A DNA stretch of 62,475 nucleotides, filler included. It is 20 parts of 20 records of this genome, joined end to end, with 100 filler letters (N's around TTAATTAATTAA, not from the genome) between each part and the next. Parts side by side here need not be neighbours in the genome. Positions count along the whole stretch, not along the records: positions 21,867 to 24,418 come from SRR36015646_28041; positions 24,519 to 28,088 come from SRR36015646_28233; positions 28,189 to 30,856 come from SRR36015646_28248; positions 30,957 to 33,738 come from SRR36015646_28281; 16 more parts are not named here. One strand, 5' to 3'. This document shows positions 21,868 to 31,366 of this stretch, piece after piece. The notes beneath the pieces are model-generated. The model was not told the DNA's origin. It ran no database searches and saw nothing but the letters and a program-made list of their open reading frames with translations. Each line of letters starts with the position of its first letter. Position 1 is the stretch's first letter. The translations under genes were made by a program, and so were the position numbers.

Positions 21868-24418
21868 GACTATAGAGATCTGAACAAGATCACTATCGGC
21901 GATCAATATCCACTCCCTAGAATTGATGATGCTTTGGACGCTCTGCATGGCTCTACATGGTTCAGCTCGATTGACCTGCTAAGCGGTTATTGGCAGGTGC
22001 CGCTGGATCCAGCGTCTAAACCACTTACCGCATTTCGTTGTAGCGGTGGGTTGTTCCAGTTTGTCCGTATGCCATTTGGCCTGTGCGGGGCCGGGGCGAC
22101 CTTCGAGCGCCTCATGGAGTTTGTCCTCTCCGGCCTAATCTGGAAAATTGCTCTAGTGTATCTAGATGATGTCATTATATTCTCCAAAGATTTTGACACC
22201 CATATAGATAGATTGAGGACCGTTTTTGACAGATTACAAGCTGCAAAACTCAAGGTGAAACCAAAAAAATGTGTATTCTTAAAAACCTCCATCTTATTCC
22301 TCGGACACCGTATTTCTGCAGCCGGTGTTGAACCAAATGAAGACAAAATACGTGCAATTAATGAGTATCCCCAACCTAAAACTGTAACTGACGTACGTAG
22401 TTTTTTAGGTTCCTGCTCCTATTATCGGAGACACATTAAAGATTTCTCCAAAATTGCTAAGCCCTTACATGAGCTAACTGGTAAAGATATGAGTGTAAAA
22501 GGCAAAATTATTTGGTCACCAGTGTATGAACATGCATTTGTTGCACTTAAAAATGCCATGACAACTGCACCTGTTCTCCGATTCCCTGATTTTACCAAGG
22601 AGTTTATAGTGACCACAGATGCTAGTAATGTTGGGGTGGGTGCAATTCTTACACAAAAAGTAGATAAGGTTGAACATGTAGTCTGTTATGCCAGCAGAAC
22701 GTTAAATAGTGCTGAAACTAACTATAGTACTTATAACAAGGAAGCCCTTGCGATTGTCTGGGCCCTGCGGAAATTTCGCAGTTACGTATATGGTCAACAC
22801 TTTACTGTGTTCACGGACCATCAACCACTAATTTACTGGCTGAAATCTAAGGAACCCTTTGGACGGATGGCACGGTGGCTTATGGAATTAGAGTCATTAA
22901 ACTTTGAAATCAAATACAAACCTGGAAAAGTCAATAATGCTGACGCCCTCAGCAGATATCCGGTAATGTCGGCACCCGACGACTCCAATGTTGAAATAAA
23001 TGTAATCGAATCTATTTCAAGGCAAATTCCAGTTGACCCACCTAAAAGTCATGAGATAGCACTAACATCTAATGTACTCGAGACAACAAGTCATGAGTTC
23101 AAGAACGAAGGAAGTAGAGTGCAATCTTGGACGGGGATATCCTTAAAACATGGAGAGTGGTGTGATAAGGTATGCACCGACTGGTATCCCAAAATGAGTA
23201 AGGTAAACCTGAATGATAACATCCTTGGATATGATGCTGACACGGAATGTGAATCTTTGGATTCAGATGACGAGTCAGACGAAATAACATCAGAACTGAA
23301 GGTATTAATCAGAGAAAGGGATGTTGTTATGACGGAAGAATCAAGATATATGCATGATGAGTATGTAGACATATTAGGTAGTAAAGCGGTTAATTATAAG
23401 TCTTTACCTTCAAAGGAACCATCTAAATTAACGAAAGATATTTTAGGGTTGTCCATGGTTAATGATTTACCTGACCTTCTAACCAGTAGTGAGGAATCTT
23501 GCGAAGAATCCTTGCCTGTATCTCTTGAACACTCCGATTTTCCTAAAAATCCAACTTTGCGAGACGTATGTTTAGATAAAGGTCAAGATGAACATCATAC
23601 TAAGCCTAATGTAACCGTAACTGCTCACATATGTGGACAGTATCCGTATGAAGATTATTCCAGAGAGACGCTAGTAGTAGATCCACTAAGTTATCCATTA
23701 TCCCAAAGTGAAAGGATAAAAATTGCCGTAATCAATGCGGCTACAAAATTTAAATCTTTAAACCTCGGCTATAAAATGATAGTTCGCCCTGAAAATTTGG
23801 AAGAATGTGCTGAGTACTGCCAAACACAATCTGAGATATCTAAAGAACTTTTTCTCTACGATGTCCAAGCCAAAGATCTTACAATATTACATAAATGTCT
23901 AGACAAACCCATTTGTAAACCTGTTCCTGATGCGGAATATAATATTCCAGTCATTACAGCAGAATTCTATTCAGAAGGGAACCTACCCGTGTATGTAACC
24001 AACAATATTAAATTCCAAGAGAGAAATGTCGCCAGTTCACCTAACTTGTTGAATGATAAAAACCGGTCAACACTTGACTGGGAAGAGCGCATGACGCCCT
24101 ATATGATTCAAGCCATTATAGATGATACAGATAGTTTTTCTAGTTCAGAACCGGTCTATGAGTTTACAAAAAACTGGATTACTTTACAATTAAAGGATCC
24201 GTGTCTTAAAAATATTCATGAACATTTGTCTCAAGCTAAAGTTCTAGACAAAAATCTTTTCAATGACAAATATGAGAAAAAGTTGATCACTTCGCTAACT
24301 AAGGGTAAAATCAAATTGCAAGAAGGAGTCTTGGTCTTTGACGAAGGTGTGGTAGGAGTCAACAGGAAATTAAAATTTCCCGTATTAGTACCACGTCATC
24401 TAATACCCACTATATTAG
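21868..24418 (+). CDS. pol: Ty3/Gypsy pol fragment (RT, RNase H, ~400-aa insert, start of integrase region)
   Basis: DYRDLN..YPLPRIDD, DLLSGYWQV, MPFGL, YLDDV, FLGH, TTDASNVG, KEALAI, FTDHQPL, NADALSR, then WITLQLKDP..VLVPR. Confidence 0.93.
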
Positions 24419-24518
24419 NNNNNNNNNNNNNNNNNNNNNNNNNNNNNNNNNNNNNNNNNNNNTTAATTAATTAANNNNNNNNNNNNNNNNNNNNNNNNNN
24501 NNNNNNNNNNNNNNNNNN

Positions 24519-26833
24519 GCGTTTGTGTGATTGCGACCAGAACGAAACATTACGTCAAATTCGTATGTGCTCAATTCGATTTGCCATCTCGCTCTCCGAC
24601 CCGTTAGGTCAGTTTCGGTTTTCAAGTTACGTAATCGCAATAATGGTTTATGGTCTGTGACCACTTCGAAATTTTGACCATACAAATACGAACGAAAATG
24701 ACGAACAGACCAAACTATGGCCCAATATTCCTTGTCAAATGTGCACCACCTACGTTGCTGTTTTGACAAAGATTTACTCGCGTAAGAGACCACATGCTCT
24801 ATGCCATCGTGTGACTGCGTTAACACCGATCCAATTGCCACATCTGACGCGTCAGAATATAATTTAAATGGCAATTTAAAGTCAGGATATTTCAACAACG
24901 GAAAACTGACTAACGTTTCACGCAACATCTCAAAAGCTTTCTGACAATCAGTCGTCCACTTAAATACAGCATTCTTTTCCGTCAGTTGCTGTAGCGGGAA
25001 CGCGACTGTAGCGAAGTTTTTAACAAACCGACGATAATAACTCGCTAAACCATAAAAGCTACGAACGTCTTTTACCGACTTAGGTACGGGCCATTCAGCC
25101 ACCTTCTTTATGTTATCTGGGTCTGGACGAACACCATTAGACGAAATATGATGTCCCAAGAACACGGTATGATTTCTAGCCATACGGCATTTTTGCGGCT
25201 TCAGTTTCAAATTTGCCACGCGTAATTTCTGAAATACGGATTCTAAAGTTTGTAAGTGCTCCGGAAAACTACGACTAAATATGATTATATCATCGATATA
25301 TACTAGACACGATTTCCAGTCAACGCCGGCTAACACAATCTCCATCAGGCGCTGAAAGCTCGCTGCACTATTGGACATGCCAAATGGCATAACCCGAAAG
25401 CGATGGAGTTGAGATCCACTAGTAAAAGCACTTTTATCCCTATCGTCAGGATGAAGTCCGACTTGCCAATAAGCACCCGAAACGTCTAAAGTCGCAAAAT
25501 AAATAGACCCAGCCAGCATGTCAATTGTATCAAATACATGCGGTAAAGGATATGCATCTGGTACGGTTAGTTTGTTAAGATCGCGGAAATCGATGCAGAA
25601 CCGTAATTTATTATCTTTACGGCGAACCAGTACAATGTTACTGGACCACGGTCCATTACATGACTCCACGATTCCTTTATCATACATATCCTGCACTTGT
25701 TCATTAACGTATTCGCGTAGATGAACCGGAATGCGACGAATTTTTTGTTTCACAGGTATAGCATCGCCTGTATTAACTCTATGCTGATATAGATTGGTAT
25801 GACCTAAATCACCATCATATTTACTAAATACATCATGATATTCGCGCAGCAACTTCTTTAATGCTTTTAACTCATCATGATTGATCGCACATTCCGAATA
25901 ATCGAAAAGTGTTTCAAAATTATCCGCATCATTCTTGACATTTACCTTTTTATTTGAGAAATCAATTAATTCTTCAGCTTCGTCAAAATTGCTATCAATT
26001 AATTCAAACTCATCGTCGCTTTCGCCCGTGATAGTATGGAAAGTCCCAATGAAAGAGTTTCCTTTTAACTGCTGTTCTTCCGAGCTGACATTTAATAACC
26101 GTATAGGTATTTTGTCGCGATCAGCCAGTACAGCTGCACTAGCTACTAAAACGTTTGAATCACATTGCGGATTAATTGACGGTTCTAAGATGCCGGTACA
26201 ATCATGAAAACTTTTTCCATTTATGCGATCTAATTTAGCCCAAACTACTACTTCAGATTTCGGTGGAAGCTTAACAGTTTCTTGAATACGCGCAATACCT
26301 TGCCGAGGGTAAACATCACCCACCCTGAGTAAATTAACCTTATCATTATTAATAACACAACTGCCATTTTTAACATCGAGGACGCAACCTTTGTCGCGCA
26401 TGAAGTCAAGGCCAAGAACCATGTCATGTATGACATCACGTACAACACGAAAAGGATAGCTATAGTTAGTACCGTTGATGTTAAAAACTAACTCTACCTC
26501 CCCTAAAATGTCTAATGGCGATTTGTTAATAGATTGTGATCCATGACCACAGTATAACAAGGGAATTTCTCTCCATTCTGGAATTTGCATTTTTAGCTCC
26601 TCACTGATTATACAAAAATCGGCGCCTGAATCGACCAGTGTGGGAAACGCTTTTCCACCTTTCGTTACAGAAACGAATGGAACAAATTGCCCGTTGTTAG
26701 TAGGCCTATTAACATTTGATACATGTGCATCTTGTTTTAAGGTATTTTTACTGTTGGGTTTATCTGCAGGGCCATTGCGCTTATTAGCTGGTGTCTGACC
26801 CGTGACACCAGCCTTACTTAGTTTGACTGCTTT
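24519..26833 (-). CDS. pol: Ty3/Gypsy pol (protease, RT, RNase H), in the -1 frame relative to gag, 3' truncated
   Basis: LVDSGADFC lies upstream of the track's first ATG. Also RFCIDFRDLN, YPLP, MPFGM, YIDDI, YSDASD, TDHKPL. The frame opens after TGA at 26836-26834. Confidence 0.92.
26769..26827 (-). promoter_or_regulatory. Predicted -1 ribosomal frameshift cassette (G UCA AAC + H-type pseudoknot)
   Basis: The 13-nt gag/pol overlap ends in GUCAAAC-UAA. Stem GCUGGUGUC/GACACCAGC starts 8 nt downstream; its loop GGGUCA can pair with downstream UGGCCC. Confidence 0.72.
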
Positions 26834-27801
26834 TCATTCTGGGACTTTTTTGGACAGCGAGACGAGGTATGTCCTGCCTCCTTACATGTAAAACATGTCC
26901 CCTTGAAACGACATTCCCGCTTAACATGCCCTCTCAGTCCACACTTGTAACACTCTACTCCTTTGTACTTACTGCCTTGTTCTTGGGCCCCTCGTCCCTG
27001 ATTCCATTGCCTGTCATGTGTCGACGGCTGCTGGCTACCACGGGAGTCCTGTCGCCGTATCATCTCGGCCATCATCTTTTTCAACTCTGACACCTCTCCC
27101 ATGGTTGACTTCAGGTCTGCTACGTCATTCTGTAACACTTGCAGGGGGCTCGCTGCTGAGACTGCAGAAACCGCAGAATCCCCACCCCCATTTATCGCGT
27201 CGCTTATAGCTAAAAATTCTGTAGCTATATCGGATGCCCTAGTCAGGTTCGCAGGGTTCTTCTGCAGTAGGTGTATTTGCAGTTTTTGACTATTAATCCC
27301 GCGAATGAATTGGTCCTTGGTAAGGTCATCGCGAGCCACTGCCTCTAAAGTTGAATATGCCTTCTCCGCTAAATCCGTAAGTTTTAATACATACATTTGC
27401 ACGGATTCATTAGGTGCCCTTACGCAATTTAGCAGTTTTTGTCGCTTTAATGCCAAATGATCAGTTGTTTCAAAACTTTTCCTTAATGCTTTTATTAAGG
27501 CTTCATATTCTAGTTTAACTGTATCGGTCAAGTGCGCATAAATACGATAGGCCTTGCCATCTAGCAGCATAGGAAGCAAATCCTCCTTTTTGGCCGTTTT
27601 GCCGGTGGCACTTTCAATGTGCTTGACATACAATTCAAATTTACTTAGCCATAGTTTAAAGTCTTCATTTACGCCCCCTGTAAAGTCTGCAATTCGTATA
27701 CCGGTTGACATAAATGAGCTAGAACTATTCGCGCCATTAGCAACATCTTCATTTTCCCCCATTATTCTTAATTTTACGAAATTAATAACATTGATGCGCA
27801 C
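26818..27801 (-). CDS. gag: Ty3/Gypsy gag (capsid + two CCHC zinc knuckles)
   Basis: FTGG..DFKLWLSKFE, LLDGKA, QFIRGI; CYKCGLRGHVKREC and CFTCKEAGHTSSRC. An alternative start is the ATG at 27762. Confidence 0.9.
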   Translation of the reverse strand: MRINVINFVKLRIMGENEDVANGANSSSSFMSTGIRIADFTGGVNEDFKLWLSKFELYVKHIESATGKTAKKEDLLPMLLDGKAYRIYAHLTDTVKLEYEALIKALRKSFETTDHLALKRQKLLNCVRAPNESVQMYVLKLTDLAEKAYSTLEAVARDDLTKDQFIRGINSQKLQIHLLQKNPANLTRASDIATEFLAISDAINGGGDSAVSAVSAASPLQVLQNDVADLKSTMGEVSELKKMMAEMIRRQDSRGSQQPSTHDRQWNQGRGAQEQGSKYKGVECYKCGLRGHVKRECRFKGTCFTCKEAGHTSSRCPKKSQNEKQSN

Positions 27802-28251
27802 TCAATGTTTGCCTACTAATAGAAAGTTATTACACATGCTCTTATTGCACATGGTTTTAATAAAAGCGCGATCACAAACCTAACAATACTTATAAATGTA
27901 AAGGCCTATTTCGCGCGACCTATCTATACGTTTCCAACGCTTGTGGACAACAAAAATAGTTTTATAATGTGCGGCTCTATGGGAACGGGCCTGATATACT
28001 AAAAATCAATACAAATTATATATAATATTAAATACGCGACGCGGCACGCGCTATGATGCAGTTCTGTTTCGACAGCATCAAAAAAAAANNNNNNNNNNNN
28101 NNNNNNNNNNNNNNNNNNNNNNNNNNNNNNNNTTAATTAATTAANNNNNNNNNNNNNNNNNNNNNNNNNNNNNNNNNNNNNNNNNNNNTTTTTTCGAAAG
28201 TCTGATTTGTTTCTGCTTCATTTTGCTGACTTTATCACTCATATACAAAAA

Positions 28252-29595
28252 ATGAGTCACTCCATGCTTAAACAAAATTCCAAAATGGGACAACGCTCAT
28301 ACTCTGAGGTTGTACAAACTTCTCAGATGAACGAAGTGTCAGGCTTAAGTGAGATTTCCGTCTCTGACTCTGACTCTTCTTTCATTGAAGAGGAAGACCT
28401 TTTTGTAACCAAAATTTCGAGAAAAACTCTGAAAAAACAAAAACAACTCGCTCAAAAAAACTTTGTGAAAACTCACAAATCTGGTAGTCCAAGCATGGAT
28501 AAATGCTCCACAACTGAGTCATATGACTCATCGGACTTTTCTTTCCCAAGGCTACCAAGCCCTAAATCAGTCAGAATATTTGATGAGTCGCCAATTATCA
28601 TTATTCACGGTTACAAGTCTTCCTCATCATCTGCATCTTCTATGCCAGTACCATCACCACAAAAAAGGTGTGATATTTCTCTGCTTATAGAACAGACCTC
28701 AAGCGGGTCAAACCATTCTACTCCAATCAAAATACCAATTGAGTCACTTCCTGACCCAATACTTTCAGACTCAGTACTTCAACATAGAGCAGCATATGCC
28801 AATTTAGTAGAGCAAATTAGACTAGCGGAAATTCAAAGTACTAAAACCTTCAACAATATTCAACTTTTGGCTTCTTATATCGACAAACTAGCTGACTTTC
28901 ACAACAATCAAAATGATCAAAGCAAAGAGGTCCCCACCTCTCATCTAGGCGATGATTCTCTCATCTCGGATTTAAGCTTTATCTCGGAATTAAGCTTTGA
29001 AAACACACCACCTGATGTGCTTCTTGCTTTCCTAAATGGCGATTATGGACCACTTTCTTACTTTCCAGAAAATAGTGTTATTGATAACAAAAAAACTATC
29101 TCTAACTCTAGCATCAATACTAGTGCGGTTTCAATAAACACCAGCACAATTCCCAAAAGTGTTAAAAACAACACTCCTAAAATCAACAGATTCACAGAAC
29201 CATCAAAAATTGCCAGGCCTATTCCAAAATCTACTAAAAAACCAGCTAGCACAAAACAAAAAGCTGATAATCAGCGCCCTTTCACAAAAAAATTTGAACT
29301 TGCCAAACAGTTGAACATCCTCAAAAACAGAAAAAATCAACTACAAAATCAGGCCATAGTAGCTAGTCGGCTTAAAAACAATGGCCGAACTTTCTCTATG
29401 CCTCAAATAATGTTGTCTATTCCTAGAACAGAAAAACATAATGACTTTTTCGAGAAAATGAGAAAAGTCAAACAAGATCAATACAAAAATGATATGATCA
29501 TGATTCAAGGTCATTGCCAAAAAGAAATAGCTACCATTGATCTCAAAATGAAGGCTTTAACATCTCAAACAAATTCCAGACACTGCTTTGACTAG
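28252..29595 (+). CDS. Unassigned Ser/Lys-rich protein (~447 aa) with a basic helical C-terminus, probably element-encoded
   Basis: Long open frame in AT-rich DNA; first ATG at 28252; internal 18-nt tandem (ISDLSF/ISELSF, 28963-28998); no catalytic motif recognised. Confidence 0.55.
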   Translation: MSHSMLKQNSKMGQRSYSEVVQTSQMNEVSGLSEISVSDSDSSFIEEEDLFVTKISRKTLKKQKQLAQKNFVKTHKSGSPSMDKCSTTESYDSSDFSFPRLPSPKSVRIFDESPIIIIHGYKSSSSSASSMPVPSPQKRCDISLLIEQTSSGSNHSTPIKIPIESLPDPILSDSVLQHRAAYANLVEQIRLAEIQSTKTFNNIQLLASYIDKLADFHNNQNDQSKEVPTSHLGDDSLISDLSFISELSFENTPPDVLLAFLNGDYGPLSYFPENSVIDNKKTISNSSINTSAVSINTSTIPKSVKNNTPKINRFTEPSKIARPIPKSTKKPASTKQKADNQRPFTKKFELAKQLNILKNRKNQLQNQAIVASRLKNNGRTFSMPQIMLSIPRTEKHNDFFEKMRKVKQDQYKNDMIMIQGHCQKEIATIDLKMKALTSQTNSRHCFD

Positions 29596-29705
29596 AGTTT
29601 GAAACATATTTCAAACACAAAATATAGGTCTAGAAAGTGGGCAAAAGGTCGAGCAAGGTTTTATCTTTATTTCCATTTATATTCAATCACATTCTCCTTT
29701 ACTTT

Positions 29706-30795
29706 ACGATAGATGGAAAGCACTAAACAATTGAGCAATAGTTTCAAAAACACAGCCGCCCTTTTGTTTTGTTTCCTCATTTGCCAATAGGTGGCCTACT
29801 TTCAAAAAACAGTTGAACAAAGGCGCATTGCTATAATTTCCTTCAACAGATGTCGCAGTTAAAGCTTAACAAATGATATTTAACTACTTCCACTATATCT
29901 AAAAATTTACCAGTGTATGATAATCATCACTAACGTTTCTTACCTCTAGGATAACTCCTTTATAATAGATATCCAAAAATATACTATTCCGGGTCCCCTA
30001 GATGACATTTTATCCTACTATTCCTCACAACCTGTAAACAAACAGCTGTGGGATTTATTCTTAAAACTAGCCAGTTTTTATGTACTCAAATTATTTATTT
30101 TTATTTATTATGTGTACATATCATTAGTTGAGCTAAAAACAAAATATTGCTAAATTTTGGAGGCTTTTACAAGCCTAAAAAACATATATTAAAAAGTGGC
30201 TTCAATAAGCAAAAATCACCTTTAATCCTAAGAAATATCGAATAGCTCACATTCTTACCCATAGAGGCCATCTAGAAAATATTGTTTCTAGCATTTCTTG
30301 ACGATAGGTGGAAATCACTAAAACAAGTGAACATCACCTTCAAACATAGCAGCCATTTTTTGTTGTTTCTTCACCTTACAATAGGTGGACCTTTTCCAAA
30401 AAACAGTTGAACAAAAGCGCATTTCTATAATTTTCACCTATAGATGGCGCCAACAACATTCTAAACAAAAGATTTCACTTAAATTGGCTATAAACGGTAT
30501 TTGCCCAAATAAATACCCTAACATCGCCTATATATTATAATTAAGCAGACTTTTTCTCACTAAAACTATCAAAGGATATCTCATTTTGGGGCCCTACTTA
30601 TTTACCATCAACAAAAATCACTATCCTAGACCCCGTTACTAACTAATTATAGAATTAGTTCTTAAACGCAACCAACATCTTACTATCAAATTATTTATTC
30701 ATGAAATTATTTATTTGTGTACATATCATTAGTTAAGCGAAATCTGTTGCAAAATATTTTGGAGGCCTCCCGCCCTGAGAGGCCTAAAAATATAA
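29706..30795 (+). repeat. Diverged ~600-bp tandem duplication with two conserved blocks
   Basis: Block A ~29706-29858 vs ~30301-30452 shares caataggtgg..aaaaaacagttgaacaaa.gcgcatt.ctataattt. Block B ~30087-30188 vs ~30687-30795 shares caaattatttatt..tgtgtacatatcattagtt.agc..ttttggaggc..gcctaaaaa. Confidence 0.8.
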
Positions 30796-30958
30796 AAACA
30801 AAAAACCCATAAAAACTAACAATAAAATAGAATTTGTCTCATTGACTATTTGATGGNNNNNNNNNNNNNNNNNNNNNNNNNNNNNNNNNNNNNNNNNNNN
30901 TTAATTAATTAANNNNNNNNNNNNNNNNNNNNNNNNNNNNNNNNNNNNNNNNNNNNTC

Positions 30959-31366
30959 CAACGTATATCCCACCTGGAGGTGCGAGGGGGTGCCGAGACG
31001 AACGCCATCCAATCACGACCGCCAGCTGGACATGGTTCGGGATGCGCTAGCCGGGGTGAGAAGCCCAACTACCAATCCAGACCGGGCAGAAAACCGCCAT
31101 TCGGAGCCAGTGATGGAAGACAGCAAGGAGGTGTCACTAACTATAAGGTATGTGGTCGGTGCGATAAATCGATCCAAAACTCTGACAAACAACATTTTGC
31201 CAACTGTTTTGCCATAAAAATGAAGTGTTTCAATTGCAATAAGATAGGGCATGTGAAAGCTGCTTGCAGGCTAGCTAAGAAGAAGTCATTCTATGTAAAT
31301 GCATGTACTACCAGTAATGATTCTGATAACAGTGCAGATAACCATGAAATAGACAATGATCAATGA
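30959..31366 (+). CDS. gag: Ty3/Gypsy gag C-terminus with zinc knuckles
   Basis: CGRC...HFANC and CFNCNKIGHVKAAC; open from the contig edge; ends CAA TGA CTA G. Confidence 0.82.
   Translation, partial: QRISHLEVRGGAETNAIQSRPPAGHGSGCASRGEKPNYQSRPGRKPPFGASDGRQQGGVTNYKVCGRCDKSIQNSDKQHFANCFAIKMKCFNCNKIGHVKAACRLAKKKSFYVNACTTSNDSDNSADNHEIDNDQ

Noticed and set aside
28053-28088. Primer-binding site upstream of gag
   Set aside because: The minus strand reads TGATGCTGTCG rather than TGG..., forms a local hairpin, and I cannot match it to a tRNA 3' end.
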